61,372 bases of DNA, filler included, from Sphacelaria rigidula (GCA_964200075.2; 9 parts of 9 records of this genome joined end to end with filler, not necessarily neighbours in it); one strand, 5' to 3'. Shown: positions 1-12,901, counted from the whole stretch's first letter. A program made the numbers and translations. Notes: generated by a model not told the origin, from the sequence alone.

Positions 1-729
1 TGCTCATCCCTTCGGTCTGTTGCACTGTCCGCCGGCTGCTTCTGCGGGAAGTGCCGCCCGTTCGCAGGGGGTGGTGGGGGGGGGAGACGTATTCCACGCA
101 CTACGATACCATCTACTGGACCTATGCTTTTCAGGGGAAAAAGAGACGGGCGCTGCACTTACAGTGCTTACTTACACACTACAGAGTAATGTATTTGTCA
201 CTGTGTTCAGTCTCGTCATTGCTCTTCTTCTGAAACTGTCGGCCATGTGACCATTACAAAATGGATCTACCGATTTCGAGATGAACGCTGCCACTCGTGT
301 TTTATATCACTAGAAAAAAAAGACATGGACAAGTAACTTGAACAGTCCAGTCGACAACGCATTGACCTTCTTACGCACACGTTATTTCCTCGCACAAGTC
401 ATACTCTACCATAACTCCATCAATTCCTTCCTCGGGAGACTGTGAGTTGAACCCTGGTTCATTTCATTACTCGCTTACTCTTGATCCTTACCCTGTGAGG
501 GGTGTTTTCTGGACGTTCAACACCCAGGCTACCCTTTTATTTTGCTCGATAGGGTACTGGCATGACTTCAATGCCGAGACGAGTAACCCGGGCATCGAAT
601 CTCAAACAATGTTTGGGCACATCATTGCGACATGTAGGGTTCAGAGGGTCCACCAATACATTGGATAGTCGGTGTCGTGACTCCGTGATAATGAAAAACA
701 CCCACTCGACAATGGGTGTGTGTGTCTAT

Positions 730-788
730 GGATGTACTCATGATCATGCATGCCCTAGTCGTAAGACCATTGACCTCGCATCCCTACA
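730..788 (-). mobile_element. Family A element, short terminal fragment
   Basis: gtactcatgatcatgcatgccctagtcgtaagaccattgacctcgcatccctac matches the family A terminus seen at 13451, 39781 and (reverse) 54705-54760. It is embedded in (GT)n/G-run sequence. Confidence 0.8.
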
Positions 789-870
789 GGGTGTGTGTGT
801 GTGTGTGGGGGGGGGGGGCGTTATTCCCCATAGCGTACGATACTTAGCACGCACGGGTGCTTTTTCTCAC

Positions 871-1796
871 CCGCGATCCGGCACGCCTCTGTGATAAAAT
901 CGTTGTACATGCCGTCTTCGTCTGTCAGGAGAACCCTGCCTTCATTGTAGTGACACAACACAATCATGCCTACAGAGGCACTGCCTTCCGCGCTTCCCCC
1001 CCGTTGTTCTCCCCCGCCGAGCCTTATCCCCTGATTTGTATCGTGCGAAAAAAATGGACAATGACACCAGTCAGCGGTAATAGCACGTGACGTCCAGAGC
1101 TGGTACCAGATGTGATCGGCGTTTTAGTTTCATGCACTACTGTATAACATGGTGTCGGCTCTAATGCTAACATCCTGGACCAAAACCTGGCATCGGCAAC
1201 TCATCAAAAAGTCGAAGAGCAACGCTTTAAACGGCGGAAAACCCCCCCAAAAGTCTTCCACTGAATGTTTCGACATGAACTCATACGCAAAAATAGCATA
1301 TTTTATTCAATCCGGGTATGACACTCTTCGGGCGATCGTTTTTTTCGCATAAGCAGAAGACTTGAAAAAAACGTTGTGGAGTATGACTGAGGTACGGGTG
1401 TGCAACAAACGGTGCAATCAGCAGCAAACGTGTCACACTATAATAGTGAACGTATGTTTTATGGAGTACGACACGTGCTTATTTCTTAGTCATAAAGACA
1501 CCCAGATTACGGAAATGTAGTGCAGTATTTATACATTCAAAGTGTAGTAATCAAAATAATGACTGCATACTGTGCAAAGGGTATAGTCAGCAACGCAATC
1601 AGAGGGATCACAGCTTCGGACATGTGTCATCGAGTACGATGTCTCCTGCGGCAGCTCTACGTAGATAAGACAGGAATCAGCCGCTCCTACCTTGAGTTCT
1701 GAGCGTCGCAGGGCTGGCGGTAAGGATACGACAGCGTCACCTCCAAAGCATTTTCGGAGAGCTTTGGCCACCCTGCCTTGTTCCTTGTCGTCCAGA
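871..1796 (-). CDS. Two candidate internal exons of an unidentified protein-coding gene
   Basis: Exon 1796..1691 (cag|...LDDKEQGRVAKALRKCFGGDAVVSLPPALRRSELK|gtagga) and exon 969..871 (tag|..MIVLCHYNEGRVLLTDEDGMYNDFITEACRIA|gtgaga). Both have open frames and canonical splice sites. Their phases require at least one more exon between them. Product not recognised. Confidence 0.45.
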
Positions 1797-2569
1797 CTGC
1801 ACGTCGTCAGTGGGTGGCGGGAGCATGTGATTATCCATACACGAGTGGATACCAAGCCTTTCACGCGCGAAGCAAGTTGTCACATGACCATATTTCAAAC
1901 GGCTACACCTCGATCACATGATCATCTCTGAGATCGGACGGCAAAGGTGAAGGTCTCGCAAGCGCATCTCTGAAGCGGGGAAGCACACACACGTGATTTC
2001 GCTGGGTTATGCGCACGAGTAGAGAGCTGGACATGTTTGAAATGGTATGCTTCGGACCGGCACATGATTCTCGCGAACCGCAACATGAGTGTGCGCAACC
2101 GTGGCAAAACGTCAGCGTATCGGCCCTTCTATTTACGAAACGGCATGTTTTGTCCCGAAGCGCTATCTGTTGCACCCAAGATAGGCTTCGGAGATGGCGA
2201 CACCATCCGGCGGAGCCGCCCCGGTCGGGGGAACACTGTACCGATGATCGGCAGGATCTGCAGGGTAAAATTACGCATGACCATCTTTGAAGCGAGCACA
2301 ACTCTGTCTCACATGATCATCTGCGGACCGGACGTATAAATATCTCACGTGAACATATTGGATAATGGTTTTGCAAACATGGTGCACGTTAAAACAACAA
2401 AAAGGACGCGTGATGCAGACCACGTGAATAATCCCGATGAATGCAAATAATCGAGAGGTCGTGAATGGGACGAATTCCCGTAGATGATGAATTAGGCCGT
2501 GTCCCATCGAGCCAGACGAATCGTTCCTCAAAATCTGTTTTCAAAAATGTGTTTTCTACCCGAAATGAC

Positions 2570-3080
2570 CAGTTTGAGTCGTATGGAAGATGCTCCTGTT
2601 ATCCAGATCCAGGCCCAGATCTGCACACAAGTTGAAAAATGCGGCGGTTTTCGCAGTTGGTCGCTGGTTCCACATCTCTGCACTCGTACATAAGAATGCG
2701 GTAAGGTAACGCAACAACACCTAAAAACCGAGACCCGAAAAAAACACGCACAGACACCCGCCCATCGCGCGCACTAGCTCAAGCGCAACCCCCTTACCCA
2801 TGTACACACGGTAGTCTTCGATGAACGGAAGTCCGTCTGGTATGGGAGCAAGGGCGGCCGCGTGCGTGTCATATCACCACCGAAAACCCGCGGCTGTCAC
2901 TGTCGCTTTGTGTGAGTGATTTTCTAGGCGCGCGTTTGGCACAACAATTTAATTTTCTCGGCTAGTTTTTGAACAGATTCGATCGAGGCCACGGACAACG
3001 CGTTCAGCTCAGAAGCAGCTACGGCTTGAGCTGTGTGACTTTGGTTTTCCGGGAGCAGTGAGTTTCCCCAAGCTCACGTC
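2570..3080 (+). repeat. Dispersed repeat, diverged copy of 53552..53960
   Basis: Collinear shared motifs: ttgagtc, cccagatctg, atgcggcgg, cccgaaaaaa(a)cacgcacaga, ggcggccgcgtgcgtgtca, tgtcactg, tgaacagatt. Confidence 0.7.
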
Positions 3081-3095
3081 CAGTTGTGTGAGGCT

Positions 3096-3413
3096 AGTTT
3101 ACCGGCGTTGGCTCACAAATGTCCATGATTGACACAATATTACAAGTATCGCTACCCCTGACCCTAACCCCATCCCAACGCATACCGAGAACCCCTTGGG
3201 AAAGGGCGGTGCATACATTCCCGAGGGGAAGTGCGGCCTTGGTACACCCCACATCGGCGCAAGCGCCTGTGGCGCCGATTTCAACGAGATTGCGTTCTGC
3301 GTACGCGAGGAGCACGCGGGACTGTCAGCCCCACTAAAGATATGATTCTCGTTGTTCACTCTCAAATCGAGCAATATCAAGCATGGACATTTGTAGCCCA
3401 ACGCCGGTAAACT
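3096..3413 (-). mobile_element. MITE-like element (family T) with ~37-bp TIRs and a telomere-like motif
   Basis: TIRs agtttaccggcgttggctcacaaatgtccatg / catggacatttgtagcccaacgccggtaaact. Internal cccctgaccctaacccc. The body matches 12581..12901 and 53031..53337 in reverse. Confidence 0.7.
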
Positions 3414-3706
3414 CTACCGAGTTTCGTTGGGCTGTGTGTCACGCTCTTCACACATGCCCCATGTCGACATTACACGTATGTTCTCCTTCGAACTGGGAAC
3501 ATAATCGTTTTCACAAAAAACGATTTGGTGGGATTTTTTCATAGATGAATTTTTTTCATAGATGACATACTCACGGTACTGGGATTTTTTTTTCTCACTA
3601 TCTTCAATATTCGCCAGTGAGTGCGCAGCCCTGCGGTCCATCGTCCCGGCTCCGACCCGCTGTCCATGGTGGAGATTGCCCCATCATCGGCTTGATTTAG
3701 GCGTTC

Positions 3707-4162
3707 AGACCACTTTTTTATGGCAACAAATTCGTATTTGTACAAATATGATAATTTCAGCCCGTCTACAAGTGATTTTCTACCGTGGATAGAATTTTCG
3801 GACCCCAGTCCGCCGGGCAATGTTTTCGGCTAGCTCTGAGGAAACCAGATCGATTCCCCGATTCTCTGGACATTGACTACTGGTCCATCACCTTTCTGCT
3901 CAGATCGGGACACTCCCGCATCTCCCCCGATTTGGGCCCCCGATTTGGGGGGGATGCGATAGTCTCCCGATCTGAGCAGAAAGGTGATGAACCAAAACTA
4001 AATGTCCAGAGAATCGGAGAATCGATCTGGTTTCCTCAGAGCTAGCCAGAAAACATTGCACAACGGACTAAGGTCCCAAACCCACAGTAGAAAATCTCCC
4101 ATAGATGGGCTGAAATCATCATATTTGCACAAATTCGGATTGGATGCCATAACAAATGGTCT
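3707..4162. repeat. Long imperfect palindrome (fold-back/MITE-like)
   Basis: gctagctctgaggaaaccagatcgattccccgattctctggacatt pairs with aatgtccagagaatcggagaatcgatctggtttcctcagagctagc. Arms are ~220 bp, centre near 3935. Confidence 0.85.
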
Positions 4163-5126
4163 CAGTCTCCCATGGCAGTAACAAATCTCGATTTGTACTC
4201 AGATTGGGGAACCTCAAATCGGGGAACGCCTATTATGCCCCCCTTTGTGGTCCAGATCGGGGGAGCTCAAATCAGGATTTTCGATTTTCGCGCGATTTCC
4301 CCAATCTGCGCTCCAGCTGGGGGGAAAGTTGAGCCCCCTGCAATCTGTAGGAAGATGACGTATGTATCGCGACGTCTGGTGATGAGACAAGAGGCATTTG
4401 ATCGTTTTCAAACCACAGCAGTAGATAGTCTCGTGACAGCACGGAGCGTACCCACCCGCGCCAGCTGCTGTAACAGCTTCGTAGCACAGGTGGCGCGCAC
4501 GGGATTTGACAACCGGATAACAAGTGTTGACGCCGTATCCTGCGGTGATGGCAAAATACTGCAACTGCACTGCCGAATGTATCAACACAACGAACGGTGC
4601 TGTACTATCCCCATGTCTGCTGTCGTCGCTGTCGCTCCACTTGCAGGGTGATGTACGGCACTACACTCGTACTGCACGGTTCTCGCCCACTGTTCTCCCA
4701 ATACTGACTGTACCATAATGTATTACCGCACGGCAGTATCGTGTACCGTGATGGCCGAGTGTCCTGCGCTGAATTATACCTCAAACAGGGTACCACGGTA
4801 CGATGGTGTTCTTGAAGGATTTTTCACTGCCTATCTGTTTTTCGGCTTCGCTTCTATGCGATGCCATACCCGTGCGGAAAATGACCCTGCGTGTACAGAA
4901 CTGGTTCAACGAATCTATGAAACCATAATGGTGCCCCTGCAAATCTGAGTCATCCCGATTTTGCACATTTGAAGGTATACAGATGGGGGATTTGTTTCCA
5001 CATTAAACGGTCTTGGGACGTTGATATATCGGTAGGGAAAATCACAGCATCTCAGCACCGCTGGAACATGATGAATACGTATAGGGCAATATTAAAAAGT
5101 GACCGCCTGTAGTCGACCACTGATCT

Positions 5127-5716
5127 TCGTTCATTCAAGAGGAAATAATCTCCATGTTAATCTGTATTTTTCGGGTCCGCTTCTTGAATAACAGTCGGAA
5201 AATAGCTTGTCGGAGGCATGCCCTTTTTGAGCCTTTTTTCGAAGACTTTTGGCGGAGTACGGGCCTTCGCGGATTGGGCCTCAGCTGATGGATTTGCTAT
5301 GCTTTCCAAGAAAATTCGATTATCAATTGCGCTTTTCCCCGCTCTTTCGTGCGCCCAGTTTCACTTTTAACCGGATTCCCGATTTTTCCGACAGCCCCCC
5401 CCCAAAACTTCGTCTCGAAAGGGATGCGTGGTCAATGGTCACACGACTAAGGCAAGGAACAACTGAGTACGCTCCCCCCCCCCAAAAAAAAAACTTGAGA
5501 GTCTGGGCAGAAGTAAAATGGGCGCACGAATATCGGGAAAGTGCACTCGAATCATCTTGGAAAGCATAAAAAATCTTGTAGAGGAGGCCCAATCCGCCAA
5601 GGCCCCGTATTCTGCTAAAATCTGCGACAAAACGCTCAAAAAGGGCATTCTCCGAGGCCCGTTTTCCGACTACAAGGAGCGGCCCAAGACTCCATCTATC
5701 AGTTCTGAAAAGCGAA
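5127..5716. mobile_element. Fold-back element with long TIRs and a family B copy inserted in its centre
   Basis: Paired motifs ttcgtgcgccca/tgggcgcacgaa, atgctttccaaga/tcttggaaagcat, gcggattgggcctc/gaggcccaatccgc and atgccctttttgagc/gctcaaaaagggcat. Family B copy at ~5410..5482 between C-runs. Confidence 0.8.
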
Positions 5717-5789
5717 TGGATTAAAACGTTCGATACGATTTTTAAATACATCGACGAAAAAACGTCGATACCGATGTTTTTATCGATAC

Positions 5790-6715
5790 CTCCACCAAGG
5801 TTGTGTGCTTTGCCCCGGTCTGTTCAAGATCTTTTCCGCGGCGGTGATGACGATGTCGTTCGACCGCTTCTCGATCAGTGAAGCGGTGGTTCAGGATTTC
5901 ATCCGAATCGCTGCAAGGGTCGGGAAAACCAGGGACGAACTCAGCAAAGTGCTCTGGGCTATGCTATACGCCGACGACGCCGGAATCGCCTCGCGGTCTT
6001 GAGAAAGCCTGGCAAAGATGATGACGGTCATCGTCGAGGTCTGTACGGCGTTCGGCCTCATCGTCGCGGAAAAGAAGACGGTCACCATGCACATGCACTC
6101 CCCGGACATTGAGACGGCCATGATCGAGGTGAGCAGGCAGCGAGCCGAAGGTACAAGCAAGTTGAGTCGTTCCTCTACCTCGGCGGGAAAATCAGCAGCA
6201 TCGGTGATGTCACTCCCTAGATCCACAGCCGCATTGGCCAGGCTTGAACGTGCTTCTACAAGTACATCAAAGCTGTATACGACAACCCGTACATCGCCCT
6301 CGCCACCAAGGTTCGTCTCCTGAAAGCTGAAGTGATCGAGGTAATGCTGTACGGCTGCGTGACCTGGACGATCGCACACGACAATTTCGTCCCGTTACGA
6401 GAGGCCCATCGAGGATTTCTGCTGAGGTGCCTTAACAACCATACCTCAATCCGCAGCGCCCGACTACCACATGCTGCCATACCACGAGGTTCTCGAACGA
6501 ACTAGCTGCGAGTGCATTCAGGGCACAGTGATGAAGCGAATCCTCCTACACGCCGGCCGCGTTGTGCGCATGCACGATAAACGCCCCCCCAACATCATGC
6601 GTGGAGTCATGGTTGGGGGGAAGGCGAGGGCAGCCCGACCAGCAAGGCGCCTACAACACTGTATCACGGACTACTGCTCGTACTTCGGGATAAATGCGAC
6701 ATCGTGGGAGTCATC
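5790..6715 (+). mobile_element. 5'-truncated, degenerate non-LTR retrotransposon (LINE, RTE-like) reverse transcriptase
   Basis: RT motifs LHQGCVLCPGLF, MLYADDAG, FGLIVAEKKT, FLYLGG and MLYGCVTW. In-frame TGA at 6000-6002 and a frameshift near 6135. Confidence 0.9.
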
Positions 6716-6731
6716 CTACGATAGGGGGGGG

Positions 6732-6831
6732 NNNNNNNNNNNNNNNNNNNNNNNNNNNNNNNNNNNNNNNNNNNNTTAATTAATTAANNNNNNNNNNNNN
6801 NNNNNNNNNNNNNNNNNNNNNNNNNNNNNNN
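6732..6831. other. Artificial contig linker (N44-TTAATTAATTAA-N44)
   Basis: The same 100-bp linker occurs at 13563, 20394, 27225, 34055, 40885, 47715 and 54544. TTAATTAATTAA places stops in all six frames. Confidence 0.98.
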
Positions 6832-7346
6832 CACCTCAATAACGATTCCAGGCTGTTCTATGGTGGCTCTGTCGTTGCTTCTCTCTCTGGTGATATCGTC
6901 ATCGACACGCGTGTACATCGCATTCGTTACGTGCACCCAGCCACAGCTGCTTACCTGCTGCGGATATTTGGGGGAGAAGATAGCTTCGCTCGGTCGCAAG
7001 TGTTTCGCGTCTTCCCTGCAAAAGAGAAATGCCACTTCAGAGTGATGCTGCGATAGGGTCAGCACTTTTACGGCCTGAGAGTAGAATTGTGAGGAACCCT
7101 TTATCTAATCCAAAACACGACTTTTGAAATAGGTGAGAGTACGCCAGGGTTTTTCTTCCAATTTGCTAGGGATATCCCGAATGAATTTGAAAACGGGGAT
7201 ATCCTGACCCATATTCTTGTGTAGTTCCTCACTTTAGGAACCCCTGAATCAGGCCGGTTTTGGCCCCAAAAGTGCAGACCCTATCGCAGCTTCACTCTTC
7301 AACCTCATTTTTTGTATGAACCCCATTTTCCAGGATCCACTGTTAT
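6832..7346 (+). repeat. Dispersed repeat family C
   Basis: ctctgtcgttgcttctctctctggtgatatcg...acacgcgtgtac and tcttccctgc...cttcaacctcattttttgt are shared with 29320..29640 and, in reverse, 61262..61372. This copy has ~250 bp extra at 7041..7295. Confidence 0.75.
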
Positions 7347-8110
7347 ATTTTGTGACAAGTATAGGATTTTCACATCGCGAGTGCCTTCAGAAACAATCCA
7401 GAGGATTTTAACATCGACACAAACCCTCGAGGGAGATCCCAATGTTAAAAACCCTCTACTCGTAGAGGGTTGCGAATGCCTGTAAGATCCTCTAGTGGGG
7501 AGTTACAAAACGGACGGCAGGTTGAGACACGTTTGGAAAATCACCAGAGGGTTTCCGAGGCTAGCCGAACGGCCGTGTGAGAAACCAGGCGTGATGCCAG
7601 GATCCGTGCTCCAAACTACCATCATTCTACGTCACCAGGGCGGCAGGGCGGAGCTCCACGCCACACAAGCCCCGGCGGGTCTGATGGATGTGGTACACCA
7701 GGTGTGCTGCAAAGATCGGTGCTCCAATCTGCCATCCTTCGGCGTGACCGGGAGTTTGCGGCGGAGTACTGCGCCGCAAACGCCTTGGCGGGCATGATCG
7801 GATTGGAAGACCAGGTGTCCCGCCAGGGTCCGTGCTCCAAACTACAATCATTATGCATGACAGGGACGGTAAGGGGATCTGCGCCACTCACACTCGGGCG
7901 GCCATGATCGCTGTGGTACATCAGGTGTGCTGCAAGGACCCATGCTCTAAGATGGATATCCTTTGGTGTGAACGAGACGGCAGGGCGGAGAACTGGACCA
8001 CACACGCCGGGGCGGGCCTTGAGTGTCCGATTCGGATGCCGTCCTCGACTTGTCCGGATACAGTGGTACCGAAGCAATTCAACACCACACCATGAGCGGT
8101 GTGCCAGGGT

Positions 8111-8208
8111 GTTCGTCATGACGAATGCCACTACTGAGCCACGTAGTCAGGTCTGTCAGGTCTGACGCTGACTACGTGGCTTAGTGGTGGCGTTCGTTCT
8201 GATGAACA
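8111..8208. repeat. ~100-bp hairpin
   Basis: acgaatgccactactgagccacgtagtcag pairs with ctgactacgtggcttagtggtggcgttcgt; short loop. Confidence 0.8.
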
Positions 8209-9930
8209 AAAGAAGTGCTAGTTGATTCTCGGCGCGATCACTTCTTTCTTTCCCATGATCGAGGAAATATTTTGCCCATAGTTGTGAAAATATGTCAGAA
8301 CGTCCATGCCCACCCTGATCACTTTGGCAGTGTTGGCGAGGGGCCACCCGGAGAAGGCGCCGAGAGGATATAGTCTAAAAATAATGCCGAGTCAACAGAT
8401 GGATTGCCCATTCTGGCGGTCTTCACATTTCAAAAACGCGACATCGCTGTCCGAAGCCTATCGACGTCTCGAAAAGCAATCCGTTGTTAAAACGAAATTA
8501 ATTAAACAAACTATAATGGGATTAGTCCCTTATCGTTAACTCTCACAAAACCAACCGGTGGACGTCTGTTATTATCATCCATTGGCACGAGTCGACTACG
8601 GGCCAATGTGTTAATTTGAAACCTTTTAACGTGCCGAGAGTGCGAAAGTGTCCCATCTGTGCCCATGTACACCACCGTACACTCCCCTTGCTCAGATTTC
8701 ATGTATGTATTCCCAATGCTCCTGCAGCAATGAATATCCGTGTCTTCCTCGTTAAGAACCGTGAACCCCTCACCATATCCTACAGCACTGCAACATACAA
8801 CCAAGCTTACATGTACACGGCTAGGCAGGTGGTATACCAACATACAAAACTCTACATGTTAAATTCATCGCGTAAAGTAACAATCGATCACCATATATTT
8901 CATCTATTCACCGTAAGACACGAGAGATCGGTTCTACAATACAAGATCCCCGGGAAAATTTGGGCAGGAAACTCCTTCGATGGACATAAATTGCACGAAG
9001 CACAAGTTCGATACAAAATACATGACATGTTGATACAGGTGAAGGTGCTCACGACAGAGGGTAGTTATCTATATCGTCGCGGCTACCGACGTCGACGCTC
9101 AGCCGGCGATGCTGTTACTAAGAACGTCGCCCATGTGTACCCCAGGCCTCAAGGTCAATCTGTCACCCCCTACCCTTACTGATGGGTCTCGAGAGCTGCA
9201 ACGCCATCGAGCTGAGCTCCACCACGTTAGACCACTAACATGCCTCGTCATGATCTCCCACACTGTTGACTTGAACTCCTCATCAACAGGTTGAAAGATG
9301 CTGAACTTTATTTCAGCATTGACCGCGACCGGAAAACTCCTTTTGAAAGACAACCCTTACTCGCATATCCCCGTGAAAAATCGGCATTTCAGGAAAGCGA
9401 CGTCAACAGTCGTTTGGCCAGACGCGCGCTAAAACGAGTGCAGCGGCCTGCCTTCTTCTACTACTTAGTGTGAAGCCGCCCATGCCTTCTCTAGACCGGG
9501 CACATGGCACGGATCCAGTGCCGCACAAGCACCCTGATCAATTGCCATGATTTCCGTAGACCCTTAATAGTGTGACTCTGGGGACAGAACACGGACCCAT
9601 CTCGTGTTAGCAGGAGGGTCCGCGTCACCTCTTGACTGAAAGTGATCCCGTCGATCAGGCGACAATTTGGTGAAAGGTAAACACCCGCCCCTGTATGAGG
9701 GATGGCCCTCCGCCACTATTCGCTCATTTTACCCTGCATTATGGATCGGTGAGAACAAAATGCCACGAACTCCTTGCTGCCCGAACTACACTCGAGGGGG
9801 GGGGGGGGGGGGGGGGGGGGGAAAAAAAAACTCCCTCCACAAGGGGCTCATATATTTTGTAAAAAAAAAAAAAGAAATCATTTTGTTGGGGGGACACTGG
9901 CGCCAGCTCGCTCCGTGCGCGGGGGGGTGA

Positions 9931-9968
<38 letters not shown>

Positions 9969-10083
9969 GGTGAAAGTCAATACTCTACTCCAAGGGCTCA
10001 TAGATCTGTAGTAGACGAAGAACGAGATCATATTGCTTGCGTGAGCCATCACAGTAGGCGATTGAAGGGAGGAAGCATGCTCT

Positions 10084-10239
10084 TCATTTCCTGGAACCAC
10101 TGTGCCTCGTGACGAGGGCCAGGTAGAACAACAAGCGGAAGCCCACAATGAAGCAGATGGAGCCGTAGACCAACACCCACTTGTCCACATCTTCCACACT
10201 CGTTTCCACCCGATATGCATCCAGTATCTCCATGTTGCT
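10084..10239 (-). CDS. Probable terminal exon of an ABCG-family transporter
   Basis: cag|SNMEILDAYRVETSVEDVDKWVLVYGSICFIVGFRLLFYLALVTRHSGSRK* (156 nt, open to stop). This resembles the ABCG/White C-terminal loop plus last TM helix (IL..Y...W...FIVGFRLLFYLAL). Upstream exons not located. Confidence 0.6.
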   Translation of the reverse strand, partial: SNMEILDAYRVETSVEDVDKWVLVYGSICFIVGFRLLFYLALVTRHSGSRK

Positions 10240-10787
10240 CTGCGTTTTTGTTTCATTTTGGCGACGGGAGGGGAGGGGGGGGGGGGGGGGGGGAGGGGGG
10301 CGTTGTTGAATTATTCTGCCTACTAGCGTAACGTAGGTCGCAGGTTATAGGTGAAGCATCAATGTCGGCACGGTGCATGAGGCATGGCTTGTGGATCAAG
10401 CCCGGTCATGAGTCGTTCAGCGGTAGAAAATACGTTTAGTACAAGGAGTGAATTAATATGCTTGTCTACAGAAACAATCAACCATGCACAAACTATTCTT
10501 CTGCATCTGCGTGCATCTGCGTACAGAATATTCGTGAGATCCACTTATACTTAACGAATACAACGACAGTGGCTATACTCCAGCATTTTGAATTCATGTT
10601 ATCAAACTATCAACAGGTGTTGCATACAGCAAGGACGAACGACGACTGGTTCAAATTCTACGTGCGTGAAAGGGAAAACATGGAGAAATATACAAGTGCA
10701 CACGCCCTCAGAATGTCGAGTTCGAGAGGAATCGCGTGCAGACCGTGTCGAACAGTCAATCCTCCTGGCGGGATCTGAGTATTTAAT

Positions 10788-10858
10788 ATTATGATTATGA
10801 TTATGATTATGATTATTATCATCATTGTCATCATCATCATCATCGTCATCATCATTAT
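10788..10858. repeat. (ATTATG)n/(ATC)n microsatellite
   Basis: Directly visible tandem units. Confidence 0.9.
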
Positions 10859-12580
10859 TTCCGCACATTAGTCCAATCTCGCGAATGCGTGGTCACAGAC
10901 GTAGACTTGCCTTTCCAAAATACTGTCCCTGCTATTCCTTACAAGACGAACAGAGACACAAAAATTTATACGTTCGTTGCCATAGTTGAATGTGTCGATC
11001 AATACATATACACTAATAAAGATACACCTGTGTTTACTTGCGCACAACTCCGGGAAAAAACAGTCAAACTGCGCTCCGGATCGTTTGAGCTGTGGTCGAC
11101 AGCCGGAAAGCGCTTCGTTTCCGAGCGGTATTTCGGAACAAATACCATAAGAGCCTATCGATATCGTTTTATTCTTCTGGCGTGATAAATGAGCGGAGTA
11201 AATAAGAACTAAACATTCCTTGCTATGCGGAAAGACCACCATCGCAAAAAAAAAAACAGGGAAAAACTCCCGGCACTCTCTTTCGGTCTGTACGTGTTTA
11301 GGCTGTTGTCGGTCGGCTACCACGTGACAGCACGTACTTGAACTTTGTTCCAACGTAGCATCAACCATATTTGCCCGACAAAAAGCGCAGCGCAGTAGCA
11401 CACGCAAGAAACCAGGGAAGGATGAAAAGATGAATCATCGAAATAAGCTGCGCATCTCCGTCGGGTTGTTCTAGGTGGTAATCAATCAAGAACAAAGGGT
11501 TGCTAGAATTGCAGGGCTCACTACATAACACAAGTATTCCGAAATAGCCGTTACATCCTTGCGGTGCCGATCACCTACCATATATCGATCGCGGGTCTGA
11601 ACGGAGAGAAAGACGGACATCATGAACGAAAAAACTCGCCGCTAGACCATTGCCGACTGTGAGCACACGATGCTCTCACGACATACTGGCTCCTGCAGAG
11701 GCTGCATTCGTCCTCTACTAATGCTGAAGATCCCAAGTATGTAGAATATCTAATGCGAAGCACGCACACGACACTGGCCGTATATTATATAGCGAAGCTT
11801 TCATAGGGTGTCGAAGGCAGCTCGCAAACTGCCTGGCCATTTGGGGAACCCCCCGTGTATGTTGTGAGGGGTACCGAGGTTGCTGCACTCCGAGGAACTT
11901 TAGGAACGGGCCGATGCACACACAACGGCAATCCACCAACTGAAATACGGAAAATAACATACAACTGTGCGCTTCGAAACTCTCACTGGCCGGAAAGAAA
12001 TTTCAACTCTCGCCGCATATCCAACAGGATTCACGTAGTACGGGATGATTTCAACTCACTACATACTATACCACGTACCCCTGTAACGCCTAGGGTGCCC
12101 CATTCACCTCATGACTTCGGGTCATATTCGCTTGATGGACGAGTGCCTGAATACTTCACTTGTTCTTCTGCGGGCGCTACAAGGCTGAATACCAGAGATA
12201 ATGACGAACATTAACGAAATATCACTGTGCGTCAGTCGACAAAAAATAGACCAAAGCTGACTGCAGGAGCGTGCTGGTTCAATGCCTGATAACCCTTAGA
12301 CAACGAACGTCGCCTCGGAACGAATTCACAGGCTGACCGTCCAGGGACATCCGGGGGTTCCCAGGGGGAGGGGGGGGGGGGGGGTGACAGGGGGAAACAG
12401 TCGAAAAGCTCACCAAGTCAACCATGTGTGTTTGGAATATTCCCACGGAAAATAAAAGCCAGGAACGAGACCCGAGAGGTGCGGAGTGACCGGTCTGACC
12501 AATCACGGCACGGCTATCAAAATGGTCACTTTGGTCTCCTACAGGTGCGACTACAGGTGGACTACTTCACTGTCTCAGTA

Positions 12581-12901
12581 GACCTAAAGAAATGTACGTG
12601 AACAATGGTTGGTACTCTATTCTACTTGATTTCAGACTTACAATTTTTTTTGAGAAAATTTATGGTTTGGGGCAGATGAGAGTGGTGAGCAGTAGACTCA
12701 GCTCGTCCAGAACGTGTTTTGATCCAGAATCGGCTCAAAGGCGTCGATTTGAGCTCTGCCAACGCACACTTTGCATAGGAGACACTTTGCACCTCCCTTG
12801 CCCAAGGGTTCACGGTATGCCTTGATCGGCTTTTGGGTTAGGGTTAGGGTTGGCGGCATTTCCATAGTACCAACCATCGTTCACGTACATTTCCTTGGGT
12901 C
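12581..12901 (+). mobile_element. MITE-like element (family T) with 36-bp TIRs and a (TTAGGG) tract
   Basis: TIRs gacctaaagaaatgtacgtgaacaatggttggtact / agtaccaaccatcgttcacgtacatttccttgggtc. gggttagggttagggtt at 12835..12851. Confidence 0.8.

Noticed and set aside
6776..6787. Regularly spaced TTAATTAATTAA motif every ~6.83 kb
   Set aside because: Synthetic linker, not a biological periodic element.
8560..9480. Possible Copia RT/RNase H relic on the minus strand (W.IMTR, EQGECTVVY)
   Set aside because: Motifs are too weak and fragmentary to support without a search.
9796..9970. Apparent tandem duplication between poly-G runs (also 22680..22840 and 40985..41040)
   Set aside because: The extra copy is a homopolymer-smeared shadow of the adjacent sequence, typical of sequencing or gap-filling error next to G/C runs.
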